A DNA stretch of 64,000 bases from Moniliella sp. 'wahieum' (taxonomy: Eukaryota), in contig RSEE01000040.1 of NCBI GenBank assembly GCA_003971905.1, forward strand, positions 124,001-188,000, written 5' to 3'. The notes under the pieces are model-generated. The model worked only from the letters and a program-made list of their open reading frames with translations, had not been told where the DNA came from and searched no databases. The position numbers and the translations under genes are program-made. Shown piece after piece: positions 52,831 to 64,000 of this stretch (its first letter is position 1; each line of letters starts with the position of its first letter).

Positions 52831-55027
52831 ATGGATGTGTGACAGGTTCCGCCCAGGTCAACGCGGGCAGCGGATTATTACGCGTGTGCCTCCCCTATCA
52901 CCGCCCCATCCCGCTACCGCAAGCCAACCATCGTGGTTACAGTGGCTGCTCCTACTGCTCCTGCTTCGGCGTCGGCGTCGCAGCACAGGAGGGCGCAGCT
53001 GGCTGCTCTACGGGAACAGGTTCGGGCGCGACATGCCGTAAAACTCCCGCAGCCATCGTCAGCCCCCGGGCCTGCTGCGGTGCCGAACGTCCGCTTCCCG
53101 CGCGCATCCGCTCTCTACCGCTTTGGGAGCGGTATTGCGCAGACTCGGCGCCATCTTCATCCATTTATCCTCCCCACATGCGCAGAAGGACACAACGACG
53201 CAGGATGGGGAACTGGTGCTGCTGCCCCCTTCCAATGAGCATCCTACCTTGGGGCCCAACTTCATTCCTGAAGAGGAGACGGTGCGTAACGACTATGCCC
53301 AGCGCTTCGTCGATACGATGTGTGCGGAGCTGCCTGGCGGTGCGGTGCGCAATGGGTCCCTCAATGGTCGGTTTGCCGAGTACCCCAAGCTACGCAAGCT
53401 GGTTGAGGCGCAGCAGCAGCTTGTGCGCCAACATGCCCACCCACCCACATACGCCACCGCCGACCTGCGTTCCTCTCTACTTCGCCCCCCTCCTCCCGGA
53501 CAAGATGCACCTTCCCTCTTCCATCTTGGTGCTCTGCTTCCCGTCAAGTACGATGTGGTATTGATCGATGCACCCTTGGAAACGTATCACTGGGAATCTC
53601 TGCCTACTGCTCGCTCCGTCTTCCCCGAGCCCATGTCCGGTGTCGGGGCGGGCCCTCTTGAGCTTCCAGAAGACCAATTTTGGTCCTGGGAGCAAATTGC
53701 TGCGCTTCCCATCCCTCAGTTAGCAGCCAAGGAAAGGTACGCCCATGAGTCCCTTCAAAGTATGTACTAACGCACCCTTATCTCAGCTTTGTCTTTCTGT
53801 GGGTCGGGACGGGTGCGGCAGATGGTCTAGAGAGAGGGCGCGAGCTCTTAGCAAAGTGGGGGTTCCGTCGATGCGAGGACATTGTGTGCGTATCGGTAGG
53901 CAGTGGCACCGAAGATACCAACACATCAGAAGATCCGCCCGCTTCCTCGATGCAGTTCCACACGTCGGGACTGACTCGCACCATCCAACATTGCCTGATG
54001 GGCATTCGCGGGACGGTACGCAGGTCGGTGGACACCAACTTTGTTCACTGCAACATTGACACGGACGTAATTCTCTGGTCACTCTCTCCTATTCCGGACC
54101 CAAGGACCATGGTAATCCCGGGGCGGACCCCAAGCTGGAAGAAGAGCTGCGCGTAGCCCGCACCATCCGGCAAAAGATGCAAGCCAAACCCCCGAACTTT
54201 ACTCGCTGATCGAAAACTTTTGTCAGGGGACGCGGCGGATCGAGTTGTTTGGTACGAACGACAATCTCCGTCCCGGCTGGTTAACTGTTGGCCAGTCGGT
54301 TGGCCCTGACGCTCCTGGCTGGCCTGGTCCCGATCCAGAGAAGGAGCTTCACTCCCATCCACAGACCCAGGCTGAAATCATCGCTGCGTTTGATGCAGGA
54401 GAAGGAGCCGGACTGCCACCTCATCCGCATGTATCCCTGCCTGCGCTGCAGGAACCACGCCCATACATTAAATCTGAGTACGACTCGTACTTTGCCGTCG
54501 ATCCGCCCGGCTGCGAACTCAAAGACCGATCGAATGTCTTGCCGTACGACCCAGTTGTCGACACGCTGCGGCCCAAGTCGCCGCCCCCACGAGGCGGAAA
54601 GGCTGCGCCGCCAACCGCGAGTCTCGCTCCTGGGGTCGCTACTGGTGTTCCCATGGCATCTCCCTACGGTTTAGGCTATTCTCTCACCCCGCCCAACCGG
54701 GGCCCACGAATGGCTACTCTTCCTATGGCGCCAGGGGGCGCCCGTCTTCCTGCCCGACCATCGTTCGCGGCACCATCCGCGCCTGTCCCTTCCGGATATT
54801 CCTCCCCGCACATGCAAGGCTTCCATCATCCCCCCCCTGGACTGCCCTCAGGCTACGTTGCCATGCCGTCCGCAGGCGGTGCTGGACTTTCGGGCCTAGG
54901 GGCAGGCGGTGCACGGACAGTCTCGGTTCCTTCGGGATCGGACACGCTCTCGGGTCCACAAGCATCGGTCTTAGGATTGAGGACTGCTTCAGCACTCGGT
55001 GCTCCACATGGACTAGGACGGCGATGA
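52831..55027 (+). CDS. METTL14: MT-A70 family protein of the METTL14/Kar4 (non-catalytic m6A writer subunit) type; intron about 53737-53786
   Basis: EETVRNDYAQRFVD, FAEYPKLRKL, KYDVVLIDAPL, WSWEQIAALPI, FVFLWVG, GRELLAKWGFRRCEDIV, QHCLMGIRGTVRRSVDTNFVHCNIDTDVI, IENF..RRIELFG, RPGWLTVG. Confidence 0.9.
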
Positions 55028-55772
55028 TGCATTATCCATGAGTTTTCGCATCCGATGAAGCAACGTATATAGGAATTGCCTTTGCTTAGCTCGTCGCGAT
55101 GATAACCTTGTCCCAAATAGCCTTCCCTCTGCCGTCATTGGCAATGCTGCCCCAGCTGCCGTTTTTGGGCAATGCATGCAGCACGCCTCTGATGACGGCA
55201 CACGCCCAGCTCAGCCGACCCATTGTTCAGGAGAATTGCTTCGTCCGTGTCGAGCACCTGAGTGACCATGTGGACGAACACCACCAGCTGCAACAACATC
55301 GCCGCCACGGATACTTCGACCCCCAGGCGCAGCTCTTGGTGCACTACCAGGGGTTGTTTGGTAACAAAAAGTGTATGCGCTCTGGAGCTGGACCTCCACG
55401 CCTTTCCACACGGTAGTAGCTTTCCCGACCTACCAAGTGGGAGGATCCTACTACGTTACCCATGTCTCCATGCGCCAAATTGAATGGGGGGACCCTTCCC
55501 TCGTACAACAGGCCAAAATAGTCTTCATGTCGGGTTAAAATGCCGTGTACGCCTGGATGAGGATGAGATCGATGAGACCTGTAGGTATCGATCGCTTATG
55601 ATTTGGCCTCACGCTTTTCATTGGTAAGTCGCAAGACAATACAATTCCAGTGGCATGGGAGCCATGGTGCAGACAGGTTGCAACAAGTACAGATAACGTC
55701 CAACGTGACAGCAGACATCATGCCAATACAAACCAGCAAACCCAACTCTTGGCCTTCCAACTTCAGATCAGC

Positions 55773-58700
55773 TCAAGCTTGAGGGCCAGGGCGAGCAACA
55801 TTGATATGGCCACCACGTCCAGGTGCGGCCCCACGTCCACGTCCACGGGGGCCACCGCGTCCCGGCCCCGGCCCCGCCCACGGCCGTTGGACGCGATGTG
55901 CGCCGACTCAGCCGAAAGCGGCGGAACAGACACCGTTCAACAGGGCCAGACGGGGATCCACCGAAGCCGATGCCTGAGCCCGAAGCTGCGACGGGTGGGC
56001 TTCTCCTGAAGCGGTGGCCGAGTAGGATGTGCCGGGAGGACCCCGAAACAGGCGCTTGCCCCTGCGGGCGAGAGAGAATACGCGGTGGACCCTTGGCTGG
56101 GACGAAGCCCGAAGGCGGCTTGGAAACCGGGCCCGTCGAAAAGGTCGGGCCATGGGCGTCACGGGAAGGTGCTGGCCCCGTGCCCGCGGGCACTGCCTGT
56201 CTGAACATCACGGAGGGTGCGGGTCAATGCGTCCTGGTGCACATAGGGTGCCGCGCCCTTAGAGTTGCTTTCGGCGACAAACTGAGCCGCCGTCATGTTC
56301 AGCACTTGGTGAAATTGCACTGTAGCCCCACAGTGCGGGCGACACCGGCCCTGGAGGTTAGAACCTCCAAGGAAGGGGAAGTCAAACACTGCGTCAATCG
56401 AGCTCACATTCAGCCCAACAACGACCCCCATTGCCGCAAGGGGCACCGAACCCGAGTCCTGTACCACCACCAGCCGGTCCCCGAGCGAGAACGTTTGACC
56501 CTTGAGACGGAAGGCCGAGTGGCTCGGCTTGAGGACTGCCTGGCGCGGAATGTTCTTGATGACCATCGATTTAACCCCTGTCGGGCCTTGGCCTTGGTCT
56601 GAAGATGAAGCCTGCGACGCCCGCATCCAGCCCATGCGCTCTGTGAAGCCTTCGATAGTCTGCACAGTCTCACGATCGAGCTGCTCGGCAAAGAGCGGTA
56701 CCGTTTCGAGGTCACGGACTTTCTTCTCTTTGACCCAAGCTTTGACAGCTTCCATCCGGGACGCCGCGTTTTCTCCGAAAATGTCTTCAGCCGTGCGCAC
56801 CTCGTCCTTGCCATGCGACGGAGACAGCGCAGCAAACACTTCCGGAAATGCCGCCTTGTACTCACTGATGAGCTCGATTGCCTTCTCGGAAAACTCCCAG
56901 CCGTGAAGGTTCTTTCGCGAGTACCCCAGTACTTTCAACGACTTGGCCTCAAATTTAAGATTCAGGCCCAAGTTAACCCGTGATTCCTTGTACTGAATCA
57001 GCACAGTCGATGTGACCCGAGCGAGAGCAAGCGGGTGGGCGAAAAGTCTGCGGGCCACCATTGACGAAGTAAAGTACTTGTCAGGCGAGCGGCTCTGGAC
57101 AATTTTGGCCAGCGCTTGGTTCTCTTTAGCTTGCAACACAAACGCTCGCAATTCCAGTGCCATTGCCGTCTTGTTAGAGGCCACAACCGTGGCGGGAGCA
57201 CCATAGAGTTCCTTCCCAAGGAAGAAGACGTGTTCGCCAACGGGAAATTCACGGTCGAGAGGCAGGGCCTTGCGCTCCATGTAACGTGAGTCTTCCTGGC
57301 TGACCGACGAGACAGAAAGTTGTAGCGCTTGCAATGCTTCCATCTTGGGGTCATGCTCATACTCTTTGAGAAACGAGCTATCATCCATAAGCTGCAGGCC
57401 CTTGAGTGGCCGGGTGTGGAGTAGCATAGTCACTTCGCCAATCACAACACCGAAGCGTTTGTCGTAAGTATGCTCGATTTTGCGAGCTTGCCGGATCCAA
57501 TCGCGGGCCGCCTCGGGCGAGTGCTCGTTGCTCACAATAGCACGCTTGCCTCCAATCAGGCCCATCTCATGCTTGAAGTACGCATCGCTCACGGCAACCA
57601 CCAGTGCCTCCTGAAGGAAGGGCCAGTTCACAAAGGTGCGCATTCCAATGGTTGCCTTGGCCACATCATCCGTCGTCCTTCATAGCGGCTCTCAATCGTG
57701 ATGACCATCGACTGATTGCGGCTGTCCTGCTGGAAAAGGTTCACTTGATGGAAGTCGAGCTCGGCCACGTGGGGTAAAGTCTTTAGCGAAGGGAAGCCGG
57801 GTAGAGCGTTGGCCCAAGTGTACCCCATTGCACAAGTCGTGATGCAACTTGTTTACCTCGAGGGGAGGGAGATAAAAGGGCTGAGCCTTGGCCCGGGCAT
57901 GGAGTAGATCAGGGAACACCCCCGGTAGCGACGAGGAGAGGGGGTGCTCAAATTCTTCATCATACGAGAAACTTGTTGCTGGTTGAGACGAATTGCGGCG
58001 GTGTTCCTCGTCGCTAAGAAGGGCATCGCGCTTCTCCAGCTCACGGATCAGGCGCGCCTCTTCGATGAAGGGAATCTTGACGACTGCCTCCCAGCTCGCT
58101 TTCTTTCCGTTGAGGTCCGACTCAAAGTTCATAGGATAGAAATCGATTAGCGGCGAGGAGGGGTCCGTCATAAGCTGCTGAAACGGAACGGGGACCAACG
58201 CCTTGGAAAGGGGAGGTAGCACACCCATTAGCTGTGCAAACGGCTTGAATGGCGTGCCCAGCTCGAAGTTGAACTTCATGTCGCTGACATCTGCGATGTC
58301 GCTAATACGCGGCGCATAGTGGTAATCGTAAAACCAACCCCATGAAACAACACCGCGGTAATAATAGAACAACACCCATTGCAGACCCTCGATGTAGCGA
58401 TACGCCAACATGTCGATCGCCTTTTGGTCCTTGAGATCAATACCCATCTTCTCTTTGTAGTATTTCGTCTTGATGGTAGTGATATTTGCGTCCAATTTGT
58501 CCTGTCGTTGCTTGTCAAGATCCTCCTGAGCCGCTTCGGCAGTCGTCTCAATTGTGGCTTGAGAGTACTTCTGAAGAACACGATTAATCGCTGCCTGTGA
58601 CTCGGCCAAGGCAATGGGGTCCGTCTCGTCTGAACTCGAGTCGCCGTCAGCCCAAACAGGCAACATCCCAATCGTGGTCCTCGTCCCGTCCGTCTCAGGA

Positions 58701-60151
58701 TCATAGTCATCCAAGGAGAGCTTGAGATGCAAACTCTCGGTCAATTTTTGGAGGAATGCCCGGTCCTCTGCTGCAGCCATTTGGTCCGAAGGAATCGTTA
58801 CTTCGGATGGAGTAGTACCTTGGTTGGACTGCTGCGCCTCAACAAACGTCTTGACCTGGTCAAACACGTCCTTCTGAGAAGGAGTGAGAACCAGGTCACC
58901 ACGAGCGCGGGACTTCTTGACCGCCTTAGCCTTAGACTTGGCTACCGAACGGGTCAAGTTAGGACCAGCATCCGACACGGCCTCCTCAAGCTTGTTGCGC
59001 TCAAACTCTTCAATCCCCCGAGAAGAAGCTGAAGGCGATCGACACGAAGAACGCCGCCCTCATTCAAGTACCCACCCGCAGTGGGGAGGATATTCTTGTA
59101 GATGCCAAACAGAAGCTCGAGGGCACCCTCGTTGATGTGTAAATGGAAGATGCGGCAAAAGTCGTTCCCAACGAAAATACAAATCAGGATGAAGTCATCG
59201 ATGATCGACTCTAGTGAGTAAGGGAAAGGCAGAGTTGACTTGAGGTCGGAGAACTCGAGGTCAAGATATTCCCGGAATAAGGATAAATGGAGCAAGAAAA
59301 AGTTCTGGCTCTGGAGCCTGGAAGCAAGGGAGTCAGTACTTTTCGTCTCAAGATCAAGTTTAAGAGAGTGAAACTCACGTTCCTTTGCCCTTCCGCCTCG
59401 GGCCAAATTGGACCTCCTCACGGAGGAGGGCAAAATGAGGGTCGTGACTGACGAGTCCAAGCATGATAAGATCGGCATCCAACCCATACAAACAATGGCG
59501 AATATTAGGGTTGTAACCTTCCTGGGCCTTGTGGAGACGAATGTACTCCATGATCTTGTGTTCCCCCTCACCGGGTACCTCATGGCCGGAAAGAATAACT
59601 TGCACGCCGCGCCACTCGGCATCCTCCGAGATCTTCTTGGAGACAAAGTAGCGCAGCTGCTCAGATAGACGGGCCATGAAGGGAGTACCAGGAGTAATGG
59701 CATTCGAATCAAACGCGTCCTCCTCAGGGAGAACCTCACCGCGCTTGAGAGCCTTGTCCTAACCTCTTTTGCCTCCTGAGCGGTGCGGAAACGACGAGAG
59801 CGTTGCTGGTTCATCTTAGCACGTGGGGCGACGCCATCAATGGCCATAAACATGAGTTTCTTGGGCTTGATGATGACAAAGATGCTCAATGTAAGCAAAA
59901 AATGGCCATGTAGAGCTGGGCATCGGTCTGGCGGAAGGAGGCATCATCGTCATTGGGATGAGAGCAGTTGTGAATGATACCGTTCATGTCGAGGTAGAGG
60001 TTGTCGAACTCGGGGATCTTCTCGCCCTCGATCAGCTGAGAGATCATCGGATAGCGTTCCGACACATGTCGGAAGAACTTGGGAATACCTGGTCAAGAAA
60101 TGTCAGTCGCAGCACACGGCGCAGCCGCATGGAAGAAGGCCACGCACCCAT
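55773..60151 (-). CDS. XRN1: Cytoplasmic 5'-3' exoribonuclease Xrn1; introns about 60089-60147 and 59318-59377
   Basis: [125 protein letters not shown] tail. Confidence 0.96.
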
Positions 60152-60531
60152 TGCAGTGCAGGGCCAACGGAGGTAGCAGATACGGGCACAGAGATGGTGG
60201 TGGTAGCGCAAAGGGCTACGCCACCCCGCCCCGGTGCCACGGCTCCAACGGCGGAATCAGTACACTCAGTGCTGAAGGCCTCAGGCCTCAGGCCCTGGGG
60301 CCTCACTAGGCCTCACTAGCTCGCAGTCACTGGTCACTGGTCACAGGTCACCTGACCCGTCACGCGTCACACGCCACGCGTCACGGCCTGACGCTTCCGG
60401 CTGCGGCCCAGCGCCAGCCAGATCCAGTCCTCACATTTCAGATGTCGATCCTTCATTCCCAATTCCGCCTGCCACGTTGACCCCTGGGCCGCGGTTAGAT
60501 AAGCAGCACCATGGAAACCCACGCAAAAAGT

Positions 60532-60629
60532 GGGGCTCAGCGGAATTGAACCACGACCACCTCTAATCGAACTCTTAACCAGCTCGGGCAACTCCCGAAA
60601 GAGGCATGATACCACTACACCATGAGCCC
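60532..60629 (-). tRNA. tRNA-Pro(CGG) with intron
   Basis: GGGCTCA/TGAGCCC acceptor stem, anticodon stem CCTCT/AGAGG with TT-CGG-G, an intron of about 26 nt, T loop TTCAATT and a T5 terminator. Confidence 0.92.
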
Positions 60630-61019
60630 ACTTGCCGCCGTCGGCCCGACGACGTAACTTGCCATGGGGTGACTAAGTGATCCACTTCCTCGCCACGGTG
60701 TCAACACATGTTGCCCGCCTTCCGGTATATACGCAAACCCATAGCCTCGTTTGTGTCCGAATCCTCAAGGGTGATGTGTTCTACGTACCACAGTCCTGGA
60801 GCTTCCGGACGTTCTGGCTCCATTGGTTACGGGTAGATAGTATGCATAGGCCTTCCTCTCTCAACTGGCACGCCTGCCTATCGTCTTGCTTCTCCAAGCT
60901 AAGTAACCAGTAACCTAGACTGCAAAGGATGTGAACGTGCTGGAATAGACGAAAGTCATCATGAACATTAAAACACATGCATCTCCCGGTCTCGGTTTTT
61001 CCGGAAGACAATGCTCATG

Positions 61020-63055
61020 TATGGTCACGATAACAGCCACCCCGAAGGCTGAAGAAGAGCATCCCGTTACTGTTTGTCCTCCTTATTCAGAGCATGACGC
61101 TCTGCTTCAAGGCGTTCAGCATCGCGGTCAAGGTTGTTGAGGTGCCTCTTGCTTGGCCAGATGACGGAAAAAGATCCAGAACCGATTCCACCGCCCCCTG
61201 CCAAGCCACTGACAATGGCATAGTTTTTACCAACTTGGGGTCTTGGGCGATCGGGCTGAACGCCTCATTCAGTGCCGAGCTGATAGCCGACGTGAACAAT
61301 TGCCAGCCATGACAAAGCTACGCAGGCCGGGGCGCCTTGCTGTATGCGTACTCCATCGCGGAACGTTAACCAGCAACTCACTCGTGGCGATCAACAAGTA
61401 ACTACCGCCTGCTCCCAGACGTGATCGCGCCCTCTCGTCGCAAGTTCCGGCATACCGCCCGCAAGGCGACTTTTGTAGAGAAGTGCTGGGTCACGGCTGA
61501 TACACCATTGCACATGCCGCCACCTCGAATCCAACCGCGATGCTGGAGGCTGAAATGCGCCACCCCGCGACGGAGGAAAGGGTAGACCAGATAGTCGAGT
61601 GTAGGTGCTAGAAGCAGAATGGCGAACGGATCCAAATTGCCCACAATTTGGTTGGGGTGTGTACATGGAGTTGCCTGGGTGGCCGCTTTGAAGTGAGATT
61701 TGGACGACATTTGTCCATAGGCCAGTTGGTACAGGGGCAGTAGACAAACACTTGGCACGCTTTGAATCCCCGGCGAGTTTCCCAAACCCATGGTCATCAA
61801 AAGACATCCAGGCTGGACGCAATTCAGGTGCAATCTTGCTTGGCAGAGCGCGCTCCCAAAAGGTATCCGCCTTCATGTTTATAAGTCCGGACTGGGTTCC
61901 AGGAGATGCACGGCTTCGTGCAGTACCAAAAGATGCGTAGAACTGACGGAAGCAGCGAACCCGATGGAGGGTTACGGACATACTTATTCTTCATCAGAAT
62001 CAGCACAGGGAAAGCGCCCAGAAAATGATGGTGGGAAGTGTAAATTCCAGCCAGAAACCAACATATTCTGCAGAGAATTCAGGTCAACAGTTGCATATAC
62101 AAACGAAAGACACGCAGTTCATATAGAGAGCACCTCCCCGATGAAAATGGAACTGGTACACGTACTCTCCGCAAAACTCATGCCAATTTGTCCCGCTAGG
62201 GCACCAATGTTGATGAAAATAGCTGTGTAAAGATATCAACATATGCATTATACATGTCAGTTCGGAATCCCATGGATGTACGGGTACGGAGGAAGGCAAA
62301 ACGCACAATAGCATGAATAGACGGGTCAAGGTCAAACTTGGATCGATGATGACCTTCTCTCCTGTCTTGGGCAAAATCGCCGTACGCATTTTGGTCTCTG
62401 TGACTTGCTCAGCAATAAGTGGACTAATGTTGGCTTTGAAGAAACCTGTACCGAGTCCCATGATGATGATGGCGATGATGAGGCAGCCAAAAGCACCTTG
62501 GATATTGTCCATAACCGAGGGGATCCCACTGATGATCAAATGATATGGCTGTTTTGCAATCTGAAGAGTTAGATGGAAAACTTGTGTGGTTCTCTCATGA
62601 GAGAAAACGTACCCCACTGTTGTAATGCACAGTGCAATATGATTGTGTTGTATCGCCCCCAGAATGAATCGGCGAGATAGGCGCCCAATAGTGGGGTGCA
62701 ATAGACCCAGAACGAGTTGAATGTGGTGATTCCAAACGCTGCGCGTTGTTCTTGCCCAACGCACCTGTAACTCCCCCGCTCGTCCGATTTGCACCTGTAC
62801 GACCACCCCACTGTAAGGGGCCTGGGTTGTTGATATAGTTGGTGAACGCATTGGTAGCCCCATAGTAGCTGAAGCGCTCACCCAGCTCGCACACTGCCAC
62901 GGCGTATGCCCGCCAGGGGACCGGCGCGGGCAAGCGCGCGCAGCGTGTGGATCTCCTCGATAGTAGGTACTGATGACGTTGCGCCATCTTGCAAATCAAC
63001 GGTACTCCCCTCGTTGTGGTTTTCATTACCGTCAAAGCCTTCTTCTCGATGTCAC
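61020..63055 (-). CDS. PTR2: POT/PTR family di/tri-peptide transporter; several introns, frameshifted; ends approximate
   Basis: AVCELGERFSYYG (ExxERFxYY motif), FWVYCTPLLGAYLADSFWGRYNT, GLGTGFFKANISPLIAEQ, NLDPFAI..LDYLVYPFLRR, FTSAISSAL. Confidence 0.9.
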
Positions 63056-64000
63056 TGGAAGCAGAGGATCGTGACTACTAGCGGCCACCTCCTTCGTGGT
63101 TGATTGAGCCAAAGGGGGTGGGTCGTACGTCAACTCTGTCGGTCGTCCCACAACAATCAGTTTTGGTTGCACAGAAAGGTGTTCGAAAAACGTACCGTCA
63201 ACAGTAGTCGGCATTGGCGGTTATGTCGCCAAGGGGGAACAAACAAGCGGTTTTAGGGGGCCTGAGGTAACCAAGAAGACGGCACAAACCAAGGAAAGAG
63301 AGGAGACAGAACTACCATTTATTGTCAAAACCCACTCCAACTTATTATAGCTGCAGTTTTTCTCTTCCCGATGCACTTCTGGAGAGGCACTATCCATACC
63401 TGACGCTCAGCAAAGAAGTCAATACACATACATACTGCGCAAAATGATGATGCAGATGATGGGCCGTTTCCGTCCCGCGTGGTCCCCGAGCGTTCGCGAG
63501 CTCATGTGCATCATTTCTCTAAGGGATTATACCGCAAGGTACACACACACATCATAATTCGAACATCCACAAAACGTCTTGACTATATTATGGGTTTGAA
63601 GAGACTGCATCATCATTCAGGAACACGCCGCATCATCTGCATAATCTTGAATCATCCCTATATACATAGTAGGAAACTACTGGTATGATGAAGCACATAA
63701 ACACTTCACAAGGATAACTGTCTGCGAACCTCCTCGATGGCGAAAGCATATGTGGACACATAATGCCGCAGGGCTGGAAGCAAGACGCTTGAATTCAAGG
63801 CTGTGCCTGGAAGAATAATCTTCAAGACAGTGGAGATCGAGTTCATTAGCGGCAATGTCAATGAAGATTTCGCTCATACTACTATGTCTACCAGCACGCG
63901 TTCGTGGCGCTCACATGCATATCCACGCGCGCTACATTCGGCTTGGAAGCTAGCGAATGGCATGAGAGAGACAGAGAGTCCTGACCTGTCGTGTTGGAGA

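Overview
Eukaryotic, GC-rich and intron-poor fungal DNA, most consistent with a basidiomycete (Ustilaginomycotina-like, inferred from a Cib1-type bZIP and gtgcgt/ctaac/yag introns). Almost every gene is broken by 1-bp indels, which is typical of an unpolished long-read assembly, so most gene boundaries are approximate. Protein-coding genes: UPF2, a LisH/LUFS (Flo8/SSDP-like) regulator with a very long QA dipeptide tract, a CSC1/OSCA channel, an XRN2/Rat1-type exoribonuclease, three C2H2 factors, HAC1/Cib1, thioredoxin, uricase, an F-box-like protein, an ankyrin protein, COX6, METTL14/KAR4-like MT-A70, XRN1 and a PTR peptide transporter. Non-coding and mobile features: two intron-containing tRNAs, one atypical tRNA-like gene, a full-length young Ty1/copia element with TSD, and an inverted pair of solo LTRs. 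Most notable observations: (1) the two solo LTRs have swapped TSDs, recording an inversion of the 378-bp spacer; (2) the XRN2 copy lacks the whole LREYL..GNDF block through an in-frame deletion; (3) the HAC1 gene has a visible Ire1 hairpin and a 19-nt unconventional intron; (4) the copia primer-binding site looks complementary to a tRNA-Tyr 5' half; (5) intergenic DNA is built from patches of short palindromic words.
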